A DNA stretch of 33,723 bases from Candidatus Marinamargulisbacteria bacterium. Its GTDB lineage: Bacteria; Margulisbacteria; Marinamargulisbacteria; SXXA01; JAHFDB01. Positions within the stretch are counted from its first letter, which is position 1; each line of letters starts with the position of its first letter. The translations under genes were made by a program, and so were the position numbers. A model generated the notes under the pieces. That model was not told the origin of the DNA, did not search any database, and saw only the letters and a program-made list of their open reading frames with translations. The stretch covers positions 1 to 33,723 of the forward strand of contig CAXNHA010000003.1 of the NCBI GenBank assembly GCA_964202165.1, given 5' to 3'. Shown here in pieces: positions 24,519 to 33,723 of this stretch.

Positions 24519-24945
24519 TCGCCACGCTTTTAGAGAGTTGGCCTATCGTGTAGCGGATAGACTCCGTGCAGGGGATTGTCTTTTGTTGGAAGGAGAGTTG
24601 GGCACTGGTAAAACAACGTGGGTAGATGACATGGTCTCCCGGTGGGGATGCCCTGGTGTGGTATCTTCACCTACGTTTCAGTTGGTACACCATTACCCAA
24701 CCCCTATTCCGGTATACCATATGGATTTTTATAGAATTAAGGAAGCCTCTGCATCTGTATTAGATTTAGAATACTATCTCCAGAAAAAGGGTATTCTCCT
24801 GATAGAATGGGGCCAAAATCTAGCACATTTTTTGCCAAAAAAATGCCTGCAAGTGACGTTGTCCTATGGACAAGATCCCGACCATCGGCTTGTAACGATC
24901 GCAGGGTTTGAAAATCAAGAAAGGATTTTATATGATCCGATTTAG
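24487..24945 (+). CDS. tsaE: tRNA threonylcarbamoyladenosine biosynthesis ATPase TsaE
   Basis: LLEGELGTGKTT, SSPTFQLV, HMDFYR, IEW. Confidence 0.93.
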   Translation: MLPSTTVLLTSRHAFRELAYRVADRLRAGDCLLLEGELGTGKTTWVDDMVSRWGCPGVVSSPTFQLVHHYPTPIPVYHMDFYRIKEASASVLDLEYYLQKKGILLIEWGQNLAHFLPKKCLQVTLSYGQDPDHRLVTIAGFENQERILYDPI

Positions 24946-25510
24946 CCTATACATACTGATTGTAATGGGATTTTTAGGGGGGGTATCTTTGGCAGACTCT
25001 ACGGGTAGTTTGATGTGGATATCGTTTGATCAAAAAGAAAGCATCGACCACTCTCTGTCCTTAACACAGGGATTAAGCATCGCGGCCGGTGGCAAATTAT
25101 CTTTATCTGGATATGGGTTTTCTCTTCTTGCACCCCTATCAGAGATTGTATCGATTCAGAATTTAAAACCTGCTTTATCCCCCTCTTCTTTTTTTTCGCG
25201 AGATATCCCAGACAATTTGGTGGGACTTCCGCTTGTTTATCCAAGCCCTGTTCGCATGGGACTGGGAGCTGAGATTGGATATTATCTCAAGACCAACCGT
25301 GCAATCGAAATTCGGGTCTATGACATGGCAGGACAATTGGTTTTTTCAAAACAATGTTTGGCAGGGTTATTGGGAGGACAAAAAGGGTATAACACTGTCC
25401 CACTGTCCAATGAAACTGTTAATTATACCCTGTCTGCAGGGGTGTATTTTGTCTTGGTCATGGCAGATGGAAAAGTACTGGGCAAAACAAAGTTTGCGAT
25501 TATTCCTTAA
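24932..25510 (+). CDS. Small secreted protein with T9SS type A sorting domain-like C-terminus (paralogue of 6751-7377)
   Basis: Signal peptide. YPSPV...IEIRVYDMAGQLV...[29 protein letters not shown] 24932 follows AAAGGA (track start 24908). Confidence 0.7.
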   Translation: MIRFSLYILIVMGFLGGVSLADSTGSLMWISFDQKESIDHSLSLTQGLSIAAGGKLSLSGYGFSLLAPLSEIVSIQNLKPALSPSSFFSRDIPDNLVGLPLVYPSPVRMGLGAEIGYYLKTNRAIEIRVYDMAGQLVFSKQCLAGLLGGQKGYNTVPLSNETVNYTLSAGVYFVLVMADGKVLGKTKFAIIP

Positions 25511-26433
25511 AGCATCTTAGCCAACAACGCCATCCGCACAAACAACCCATATCGAGCTTGGTCAAAATACCGCGCTACGCGATGATGGTCTAACTGGGGA
25601 CAGATCTCGTGGGTACGGGGCAGGGGATGCAAAATGGACAAATGGGATCGGGCCATAGACAAGGTCTCTGGGGTGATGCGATAGCCATTTTTTGTGGCAA
25701 GATAGTCTTTCTCAGACTCAAATCGCTCTTGCTGTACCCGTGTGACATACAACACATCCACCTCCGGTATAACAGGGTCCAATTGGTCTGTTTCGATAAC
25801 GCGATGCCCTGATGCTCGTAAGGCTACGATGGTTTTTTCTGATATTTTTAGAGAAGGGTGGGATACAAAATAAAGGGTTTGATTGGGAAAAAGAGCCAAC
25901 AACGCTGTGAGCGAATGGACTGTTCTCCCATATTTTAGATCCCCTACAAATCCGATAGAAAGCGTGTGAAGCCGTTGATAAATGTGATAGATGGTATACA
26001 AATCGACCAATGCCTGGGATGGGTGTTGGTTTGCACCATCTCCCGCATTGATGACGGGTACTGAAGATGTGCTTGAAAAAAGATCCACACTGCCCTCTTC
26101 AGGATGACGCATGGCAATGATGTCACAGTAGCCACTCACAATGCGGGCCATGTCGGATAGCGACTCTCCTTTTTTAAGAGAAGAAGAAGACTCTCCAACA
26201 ACCGTACTCACCCCTCCTCCCAAACGCAACATCGCAGCTTCGAATGACAATCTTGTGCGTGTGCTTGGCTCAAAAAACAAAGATCCTAAGATTTTTCCTT
26301 TTGCCACCTCGGATGCCCCGAGATCCCCTCGATGAAACGCTGCAGCTTGATGGAGAATGGTGTCGATGTCTTTTTTTGTGATCTGCTCTGCTGAGAGCAG
26401 ATGGTAGAAAGATAGATGTCTATCTGTCGTCAT
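25507..26433 (-). CDS. pyrB: Aspartate carbamoyltransferase catalytic subunit
   Basis: [47 protein letters not shown]. Confidence 0.96.
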   Translation of the reverse strand: MTTDRHLSFYHLLSAEQITKKDIDTILHQAAAFHRGDLGASEVAKGKILGSLFFEPSTRTRLSFEAAMLRLGGGVSTVVGESSSSLKKGESLSDMARIVSGYCDIIAMRHPEEGSVDLFSSTSSVPVINAGDGANQHPSQALVDLYTIYHIYQRLHTLSIGFVGDLKYGRTVHSLTALLALFPNQTLYFVSHPSLKISEKTIVALRASGHRVIETDQLDPVIPEVDVLYVTRVQQERFESEKDYLATKNGYRITPETLSMARSHLSILHPLPRTHEICPQLDHHRVARYFDQARYGLFVRMALLAKML

Positions 26434-29400
26434 ACCCTGTTGATCCAGTCTTGAAGTGGCATGGTTGTCATTTGTTCTGGATCTTGATTGAGTTTTGATA
26501 TGGCATTGACCACTGCATAAAATGCCCTTGCTGTGGTGACATAGGGGATACGGTTGAGCAAGGCTACGCGACGCAGGCTAAAACTTTCCGCAGTGTCTTC
26601 ACCCAAACTCGTGTTCACAACAAGTTGGTACTCTCTTAGCAAAATTTTATCCACAAGATGGTCTCCACCCTCTTTTTCTTTGTTCACTGACACGGCTTCT
26701 ATGCCATTTTTTTGCAAAAACTGAGCGGTACCCTTGGTTGCAGCTATGGCAAATCCAAGGGAAGCCAAGCAACGCACAGATTCTAAAATTCTAGGTTTGT
26801 CTTTGTCATGTACGGTCACAAGAATGCATCCTTTTTTGGGAATAGGATTGCCTGCACTTTCTTGGGCTTTGTAAAAAGCCATCTCAAATGTTGTATCAAT
26901 GCCCATCACTTCTCCTGTAGATTTCATCTCAGGCCCCAACAGGATGTCGGTATTGTCAAATCGCCCAAATGGAAACACAACCTCTTTGACACAATAATGG
27001 GTTGGACGCGGCTTGTTAAACGAAAAATCACGTATCTTTTTGCCAATCATGACCTTGGCTGCGACCTTTGCAATGCTATTGCCCGTTGCTTTTGCTACAA
27101 AAGGTACTGTCCTGGAAGCCCGTGGATTGACCTCGATGATAAACAGCTTGTTGTCTTGAAATGCGTATTGGACATTCATCAATCCCACAACACCCATTTC
27201 TTTGGCCAGCATCTCTGTTGTATGTGTTACCTCTTGGAGCTGTGCCGGGGTTAGAGAAATCGTGGGAAGCGTACACGCAGAGTCTCCCGAATGCACGCCT
27301 GCTTCTTCAATATGTTCCATAATGCCCGCCACAAAAACATCGGTGCCGTCACACAAGGCATCTACATCTATCTCTGTGGCGTTTTCCAAAAACTTATCCA
27401 CAAGAATAGGCCCATCCAACAAGATATCTCTATTGGCAAGAATATACCGATCCAAGTCCGATGCTTTTAATAGAATAGCCATCGCCTGTCCTCCCAACAC
27501 ATTGGAGGGGCGAATCACAACCGGGTATCCCAACCGCTGAATCGTAGCATCCAAATCACTCACACGGTGGCAAATGTCGTTTTGGGGTTGGGTCAACTGC
27601 AAGCGATCCAAAAGGGCCTTAAACCGTTCACGATCTTCTGCCAAATCCAGTTTGTCTGGCGATGTCCCAAGAATAGGAATATGAGCCGATTGGAGTGCTT
27701 TGACCAATTTTAAAGGGGTTTGTCCGCCAAACTGAACGATAACGCCTAGCAGAGATCCGTTTTCCTGTTCTTTGAGCACCACTTCAATCACATCTTCTGC
27801 TGTCAGGGGCTCAAAATAGAGTTTGTCAGAGGTATCATAATCTGTTGAGACCGTTTCTGGATTGCAATTGATCATAATGGTTTCGATGCCCTCTTCTTTT
27901 AAGGAAAAGGCTGCATGCACACAGGCATAATCAAATTCAATTCCTTGGCCAATTCGGTTGGGGCCTCCACCCAAAATAATCACTTTGTTTCGATTGGTCG
28001 GGAATGCTTCACATGCCGACACCTGGTATGGATTTCCTTCGTAGGTTGAATACAGATAGGCTGTTTCGCATGCAAATTCTGCAGAGCATGTATCTACTTT
28101 TTTAAAGACGGGATGAATGCCCAATTCAAATCGTATGTGACGAATAGTCTCTTCTGTTGTGTGGGCTAGTTCTGCAATTCTTGCGTCTGAAAATCCCATT
28201 TTTTTAACATCCCACATGGCCTCTTTGGTACGAGGTATCCCGTTTTCTGTTAAAGACTTTTCTACGTGTAGAATCAACGCCATCTGTTCCAACATCCAAG
28301 GATCAAAATGTGTCCATTCGCAAATATCTTCTACAGGACATCCCATCCTCATCGCCTGAGCAATCTCTAGCATGCGAATATGGGAAGGGCGTTTGAGTGC
28401 TTTTTGGATAGCTGGTTTATTGGCTTCGTAAGATTGATGGGGATCTGTGCCCTCAATCAAAACCTGTGAGAGACCAGAAAACCCTTTTTCTATCGAACGA
28501 AATCCTTTTTGCAAGCTCTCCGCAAAGGAACGCCCGATGGACATGGCTTCTCCCACTGATTTCATCTGGGTAGATAAGACCGAATCTGATAACGGAAATT
28601 TTTCAAATGTAAACCGCGGTATTTTTGTCACAATATAGTCGATGGTTGGCTCAAAAGATGCGGGCGTGATGCGGGTGATATCGTTGAGAATCTCGTCTAA
28701 GGTGTAGCCCACAGCCAGTTTTGCGGCGATCTTGGCGATGGGATAGCCCGTTGCCTTGGAGGCCAGTGCCGATGAACGCGACACCCTCGGGTTCATCTCA
28801 ATTACAATCAGTCTTCCTGTGGCAGGATTGACTGCAAATTGGACATTGGAACCCCCTGTATCAACGCCGATTTCTCTCAACACTGCAATCGATGCATTCC
28901 TCATAACTTGGTATTCTTTGTCTGTGAGGGTTAGTGCAGGTGCTACGGTCATGCTGTCGCCTGTATGTATCCCCATTGGATCAACATTTTCAATGGAACA
29001 AATGATCACCACATTGTCTTTTTTGTCCCTCACAACTTCCATTTCGTATTCTTTCCACCCCACAATTGATTCATCAATTAACACCTCTTGTGTTGGGGAA
29101 AGATCCAATCCATTGGCTACAATGCGCATAAAATCAGCTTCTGTTTCTGCTATCCCACCGCCACTTCCTCCCAAGGTAAAAGATGGCCTCACAACAGCTG
29201 GCAATCCAATCAGAGAAAGGGCTCTCTTGGCTTCATCCAACGACCGAACAATGGCATGGTTGGGGACATCCAACCCGATGCGTTTCATGGCTTCATTAAA
29301 TTTTTGTCGGTTTTCTGCTTTTTCGATTGCTGCAGGTGTTGCACCAATCATCTCAACCCCATAACGGGCCAAACAACCGGAGGTATACAACGCCATCGCA

Positions 29401-29693
29401 ACATTTAAGGCCGTTTGCCCCCCAACTGTTGGAAGCAAGGCATCTGGACGTTCTTTTTGGATAATTTTTTCCAAAAACTCAGCTGTAATGGGCTCGATAT
29501 AGGTGCAATCTGCTAGGGTGGGATCGGTCATAATCGTAGCTGGATTGGAGTTCACCAACACAACACGGTAGCCTTCATTTTTTAAGACAGTACACGCTTG
29601 CGTTCCTGAATAATCAAATTCACACGCCTGCCCAATAATGATGGGCCCCGCTCCAATTAGCAAAATGGTATGAATATCGGTTCGCTTAGGCAT
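26430..29693 (-). CDS. carB: Carbamoyl-phosphate synthase large subunit
   Basis: [35 protein letters not shown], second ATP-grasp (EVNPRASRT), C-terminal MGS domain. Confidence 0.99.
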   Translation of the reverse strand: MPKRTDIHTILLIGAGPIIIGQACEFDYSGTQACTVLKNEGYRVVLVNSNPATIMTDPTLADCTYIEPITAEFLEKIIQKERPDALLPTVGGQTALNVAMALYTSGCLARYGVEMIGATPAAIEKAENRQKFNEAMKRIGLDVPNHAIVRSLDEAKRALSLIGLPAVVRPSFTLGGSGGGIAETEADFMRIVANGLDLSPTQEVLIDESIVGWKEYEMEVVRDKKDNVVIICSIENVDPMGIHTGDSMTVAPALTLTDKEYQVMRNASIAVLREIGVDTGGSNVQFAVNPATGRLIVIEMNPRVSRSSALASKATGYPIAKIAAKLAVGYTLDEILNDITRITPASFEPTIDYIVTKIPRFTFEKFPLSDSVLSTQMKSVGEAMSIGRSFAESLQKGFRSIEKGFSGLSQVLIEGTDPHQSYEANKPAIQKALKRPSHIRMLEIAQAMRMGCPVEDICEWTHFDPWMLEQMALILHVEKSLTENGIPRTKEAMWDVKKMGFSDARIAELAHTTEETIRHIRFELGIHPVFKKVDTCSAEFACETAYLYSTYEGNPYQVSACEAFPTNRNKVIILGGGPNRIGQGIEFDYACVHAAFSLKEEGIETIMINCNPETVSTDYDTSDKLYFEPLTAEDVIEVVLKEQENGSLLGVIVQFGGQTPLKLVKALQSAHIPILGTSPDKLDLAEDRERFKALLDRLQLTQPQNDICHRVSDLDATIQRLGYPVVIRPSNVLGGQAMAILLKASDLDRYILANRDILLDGPILVDKFLENATEIDVDALCDGTDVFVAGIMEHIEEAGVHSGDSACTLPTISLTPAQLQEVTHTTEMLAKEMGVVGLMNVQYAFQDNKLFIIEVNPRASRTVPFVAKATGNSIAKVAAKVMIGKKIRDFSFNKPRPTHYCVKEVVFPFGRFDNTDILLGPEMKSTGEVMGIDTTFEMAFYKAQESAGNPIPKKGCILVTVHDKDKPRILESVRCLASLGFAIAATKGTAQFLQKNGIEAVSVNKEKEGGDHLVDKILLREYQLVVNTSLGEDTAESFSLRRVALLNRIPYVTTARAFYAVVNAISKLNQDPEQMTTMPLQDWINRV

Positions 29694-30843
29694 AGACCTT
29701 CTTTGCTGTAGAAATCATTGTTTTAAAAGCTGCAAATAAAAACCGTGTGTCGTGAGGCCCTGGAGAACTCTCTGGGTGAAATTGAACAGAAAAAGCAGGT
29801 TTGTTTGTGACACAAAACCCTTCTATAGACTGATCAAAAAGAGACCGATAGGTGATCTGCACTGTGGAGGGAATATGTTTTGGTGATACACAAAATCCAT
29901 GATTTTGGCTGGTAATAAATACGTTTCCTGTTGCGATTTCTTGCACAGGTTGGTTGGCTCCTCTGTGACCAGCATGCATTTTTTCTGTGCTCAAACCCAT
30001 GGCCAATGCCAACAATTGATGTCCCAAGCAGATGCCAAAAATAGGGATGGTATTGTCCAATAAGTGTTGGATCACAGGAACTGCCGTTTTTCCTGTTTCA
30101 CTGGGATCTCCAGGGCCATTGGACAGAAAAACCCCATCCGGAGATAGGGCCATAATGTCAGAAAAAGAAACGGTAGAGGGCATAACCGTGATATCAAATC
30201 CTTCTTCTGCTAGAAGATTCAAAATCGTATGTTTAACGCCATAATCAATCACCACAAGCTTGTAAGCGGGTCCTGAACCAGCCTGGATCGATTTTTTTGG
30301 CCAAGAATACGGTGATGAAGCGGTAACATATTGTGCAAGATCACCTGTTAATTCTATTTTTTTGTCAGCAATAGAACGATGAACATCTTCAAGAGATAGG
30401 CATTCGCCTGCTTGAGCATAAACAATAATAGCCCATTGGGGGCCATGTATACGAATATGATGGGTCAATTGTCGGGTATCTACGCCCGAAATACCTACTA
30501 ATTTTTGATTGGATAACCAGTGATCAAAAGAGAGCTGGGAACGAAAATTGGATGGGGTGGTAATGGTATTTCTCAAGACAATCCCACGACAATGAATTTT
30601 ATCTGATTCATTGTCTTCTGAATTGGTACCCACATTGCCAATATGAGGAAAAGTAAATACCACAATCTGTCCAAAATAAGAGGGGTCTGTCAGGGTTTCT
30701 TGGTATCCGGTGATGCCTGTATTAAAGCATATCTCACCTTCTGTGGTTCCCTTTTTTCCGATTCCTTTTCCTAAAAAATAAGTACCATCAGACAACATCA
30801 GAACCGCATCAACATAAGGGGTGGCAACAAAAGGCTGTAACAT
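29686..30843 (-). CDS. carA: Carbamoyl-phosphate synthase small subunit
   Basis: FNTG.TGYQE.LTDPSY.GQI, SNGPGDP, GICLGHQ, QFHPE..PGPHD. Confidence 0.98.
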   Translation of the reverse strand: MLQPFVATPYVDAVLMLSDGTYFLGKGIGKKGTTEGEICFNTGITGYQETLTDPSYFGQIVVFTFPHIGNVGTNSEDNESDKIHCRGIVLRNTITTPSNFRSQLSFDHWLSNQKLVGISGVDTRQLTHHIRIHGPQWAIIVYAQAGECLSLEDVHRSIADKKIELTGDLAQYVTASSPYSWPKKSIQAGSGPAYKLVVIDYGVKHTILNLLAEEGFDITVMPSTVSFSDIMALSPDGVFLSNGPGDPSETGKTAVPVIQHLLDNTIPIFGICLGHQLLALAMGLSTEKMHAGHRGANQPVQEIATGNVFITSQNHGFCVSPKHIPSTVQITYRSLFDQSIEGFCVTNKPAFSVQFHPESSPGPHDTRFLFAAFKTMISTAKKVYA

Positions 30844-30889
30844 GTAGCGGAATCCTCTATTTTTTAATGAACCAAAAATAGCCCAAAAC

Positions 30890-32764
30890 TTATAGGCGAT
30901 TCATTGTAGCGGATATTTGAGCACGCAACAACTCCACAATATCTGGATTGGCAAGTGTTGAGACATCTCCTGCGGGCAACCCTTGGGCACTGTTTTTTAA
31001 AACACGCCTCATGATTTTTCCACTCCGGGTCTTGGGCAATTCGGGTGTCAATATGATCCACGTTGGTCTTGCAATGGCTCCAATACGAGAGGCTACCCAG
31101 TTTTTGAGAAGCGTTGCGCCATCTTCTGCAAAAACAACCCCTTCTTTTAAGGTGATAAAGGCCACGATAGCCTGCCCCTTGATGTCGTCTGGAACGCCTA
31201 CAACAGCAGCTTCTGCCACGCCGTTGTAGTCCACCAACGCACTCTCTACCTCCATCGTACCAATGCGATGACCCGCTACATTGAGGACATCATCTACCCG
31301 TCCCTCAATCATCACATGCCCATCTTGATCTTTGCTTGCCCCATCCCCTGCAAAATATGTGGGCAGTGTCGACCAATAGACCTCCTCATACCGGCGGGGG
31401 TCTCCCCAGATACCCCGTAGCATCGACGGCCATGGCTCATTAAGTGTCAGCAACCCTTTTCCTACCACAACCTCAGATCCATCTTCCCCTACAATTTTAG
31501 CCTCTATGCCGGGAAGGGGTAAACCTGCATATCCTGGCTTCATGCGATGATATCCTGGCAACGTCGTGATCATGATGCCCCCTGTTTCGGTCTGCCACCA
31601 GGTATCGACAATGGGACACCGGCTATTGCCAATCACCTTGTGATACCATCGCCACGCTTCGGGATTAATTGGCTCTCCAACAGATCCCAAGAGCCGTAAC
31701 GACGATAAATCATGGGCATTGGGGTGATGATCGCCCCATTTCATACAGGCTCGAATAGCGGTGGGAGCGGTGTAAAAAATACTCACCTTGTGGGTGTCGA
31801 TTAACTTCCAAAAACGGTCTTTGTCAGGATAGTCTGGAGACCCTTCATACAAAAAAACAGTGGCCCCATTGGCCAACGGCCCATACACCACATAGGTATG
31901 CCCCGTAATCCAACCTATATCTGCTGTGCACCAATAGATATCTTCTGGCTGCAAGTCAAAGACAAGCTTTGTCGAAAAAGCGGCATGGGTGAGATACCCG
32001 CCTGTTGTATGAACAATCCCTTTTGGCTTTCCTGTAGTCCCTGAGGTATAGAGAATGAAGAGTGGGTCTTCGCTGTCCATAGATTGAGGCGGACAATACG
32101 GCGACGCCTTGGCCATAAGAGGCTCATACAAAACGTCTCTTCCAGATTGCAGAGGCACCTCTATGCCAAGGTGAGACACAACGATCACATCTTGTACGGT
32201 ATCTATTGTGGACAAGGCTTCGTCTACAATAGATTTGAGAGGCACCACCTGTCCGCGTCTGCGACCGCCGTCCGCTGTAATCACAAGCTTGGAGCCACAA
32301 TCCTCTATACGATCTCTCAAAGACAGGGCACTAAATCCCCCAAACACCACGCTGTGAATAGCTCCAATACGTGCACATGCCAAAACAGCCACCACCAATT
32401 GGGGAATAAGCGGCATATAAATCGTCACCCGGTCGCCTTTTTTCACGTGAAACGTTGTCGTGAGTACATGGGCAAACCGATTGACCTCTTCAGCCAAACG
32501 GGCATAGCTGTATGTCTGAACACTGCCATCTTCGCCCTCCCAGATGAGGGCATTCTTATTAGCAGTGGGAGTCCCTAGGTGTCTGTCCAGACAATTGACA
32601 GAGGCGTTGAGTCTACCACCCACAAACCATTTTGCGTGGGGTTTTTGCCAGTCCAATACGGTATGCCAAGGCGTGTCCCATACCAACGTTTTGGCTTGGG
32701 CATCCCAAAAACCCAATCGATCGTCTTGAGCAGCTTGATACAGTGTGGTGATGGAGGGGGTCAT
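30890..32764 (-). CDS. acs: Acetate--CoA ligase (acetyl-CoA synthetase)
   Basis: YTSGTTGKPKG, WCTADIGWITGH, SVGEPINPEAW, DTWWQTETG, LPKTRSGKIMRR. Confidence 0.96.
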   Translation of the reverse strand: MTPSITTLYQAAQDDRLGFWDAQAKTLVWDTPWHTVLDWQKPHAKWFVGGRLNASVNCLDRHLGTPTANKNALIWEGEDGSVQTYSYARLAEEVNRFAHVLTTTFHVKKGDRVTIYMPLIPQLVVAVLACARIGAIHSVVFGGFSALSLRDRIEDCGSKLVITADGGRRRGQVVPLKSIVDEALSTIDTVQDVIVVSHLGIEVPLQSGRDVLYEPLMAKASPYCPPQSMDSEDPLFILYTSGTTGKPKGIVHTTGGYLTHAAFSTKLVFDLQPEDIYWCTADIGWITGHTYVVYGPLANGATVFLYEGSPDYPDKDRFWKLIDTHKVSIFYTAPTAIRACMKWGDHHPNAHDLSSLRLLGSVGEPINPEAWRWYHKVIGNSRCPIVDTWWQTETGGIMITTLPGYHRMKPGYAGLPLPGIEAKIVGEDGSEVVVGKGLLTLNEPWPSMLRGIWGDPRRYEEVYWSTLPTYFAGDGASKDQDGHVMIEGRVDDVLNVAGHRIGTMEVESALVDYNGVAEAAVVGVPDDIKGQAIVAFITLKEGVVFAEDGATLLKNWVASRIGAIARPTWIILTPELPKTRSGKIMRRVLKNSAQGLPAGDVSTLANPDIVELLRAQISATMNRL

Positions 32765-33723
32765 ACGAATAGCTGTTTTTTTACGTCGTCTAATTCATTA
32801 ATTTTTTCTTGGATGTGTTCTCGAATCTCTTCTTTTTGTGGTGAGTTGCTGAACACTTTATCTACCCACTCTTTGAGTTTGTCTTTGTCTGTAGAAAATC
32901 TCTGTTCGATCATCTTGATTGTGTTTTTATTCAATTTTTTACCTGGACTCTTTATATCAGATTCTATTAGTTGTTGGAGCAAATTGTCTTGATAAAGTAT
33001 TGCTTGACGCTTGATGTAGGTTTCTTTAGCCTTTTTAAGGACAGGATCTGCGTCCAGAACCTTGGCATTAATCGTAGCTTCATCGAGGATGCCATCTGCC
33101 TTGACAAAATGTCTGTAGATCACAGCGCCCAACTCAAGATTGTCAGGGGCTATCGTCAGTTCATTGGTTGTCATCGAAAGGACTGGGGCAAGCATAAAAT
33201 TTACTGCGTTAAATGCGTTGTCATTAATCTTTACTATATCTGCGAGTCGGTCTTTTACAGGCATATCTCTGTTCTTATCAGAGTAGAGGTAGGTGTAAGC
33301 GGCTTGCATATCTTGCATATCTTGCATATCTTGCATATCTTGCATATAAGCCTCGCAGATTTTCTTCTTATCGTTATCATCTGCCACCAATCCATGAGCC
33401 TCCCAATTTTTTGTTATACCACTGTAGGTATAGCCGGCCTTTTCCATAGCTTTCTTTTCTATGCCATCTTTGTTTATTATGGCCAATTCTTCAGGTGTAA
33501 GAGCCATGTCACCTGAAATGTCTTGTGGAAGGTTTAGAGTGGCTGGTCCTCGGTAGGCATTAATTTTATTTTTTATACCTGTAGTAAGGATGTTGTCAGC
33601 TACCATCCATTGTCTTGCTTGAGGGTCAGATAAGCTCATGCGCAAAGCTACTTCAAATACAGGATCATTTGCTATAGCGACAGGATTACCAGCATGATCT
33701 TGCTTGATGGTACTGGCACTATA
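32761..33723 (-). CDS. Hypothetical charged helical protein, 5'-truncated by the window edge
   Basis: The frame stays open from 33723 (YSASTIKQDHAGNPVAIANDPVFEVALRMS...) to the stop, which overlaps the acs ATG. No family recognised. Confidence 0.7.
   Translation of the reverse strand, partial: YSASTIKQDHAGNPVAIANDPVFEVALRMSLSDPQARQWMVADNILTTGIKNKINAYRGPATLNLPQDISGDMALTPEELAIINKDGIEKKAMEKAGYTYSGITKNWEAHGLVADDNDKKKICEAYMQDMQDMQDMQDMQAAYTYLYSDKNRDMPVKDRLADIVKINDNAFNAVNFMLAPVLSMTTNELTIAPDNLELGAVIYRHFVKADGILDEATINAKVLDADPVLKKAKETYIKRQAILYQDNLLQQLIESDIKSPGKKLNKNTIKMIEQRFSTDKDKLKEWVDKVFSNSPQKEEIREHIQEKINELDDVKKQLFV
33303..33347. repeat. 9-bp tandem repeat, 5 perfect copies (CTTGCATAT)
   Basis: Read directly from the sequence. 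Encodes MQDMQDMQDMQDMQ on the minus strand. Confidence 0.95.

Noticed and set aside
28756-29364. 202-aa plus-strand ORF
   Set aside because: Antisense shadow of the conserved carB ATP-grasp region.
33303-33347. Possible CRISPR array
   Set aside because: Contiguous 9-bp units with no spacers and no cas genes.
32971-33516. 181-aa plus-strand ORF with HILHILHIL repeat
   Set aside because: Opposite-strand reading of the 9-bp repeat. The minus-strand frame is longer and coupled to acs.

Overview
Gene-dense bacterial chromosome window with many overlapping start/stop codons. An SLH+coiled-coil envelope protein, an outer-membrane barrel and ComEA suggest a diderm Terrabacteria lineage such as Margulisbacteria; this is inference only. 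The left end (1-3.9 kb) holds an apparently uncharacterised RiPP-type operon: a precursor with a Pro/Lys/Gln-rich leader and a core of five C-x-P-[D/S/N/E] repeats, a prolyl-hydroxylase-type 2OG-Fe(II) oxygenase, a radical SAM/SPASM maturase with a probable RRE, and a translationally coupled Ser/Thr kinase. Next come ftsZ, an SLH protein and bioF. A surface locus follows, encoding a T9SS-CTD-like protein, a PorV/PorQ-like barrel and a 3822-aa phage-tail-fibre-like protein with about 30 GxVGIGT repeats and a C-terminal DYAE autocleavage chaperone. The + strand continues with comEA, a GlmU-like transferase, pgi, folP, folK, tsaE and a second CTD-like protein. The convergent - strand carries a 5'-truncated hypothetical gene with a 9-bp tandem repeat, acs, carA, carB and pyrB. 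I saw no rRNA, tRNA, CRISPR array or mobile element.
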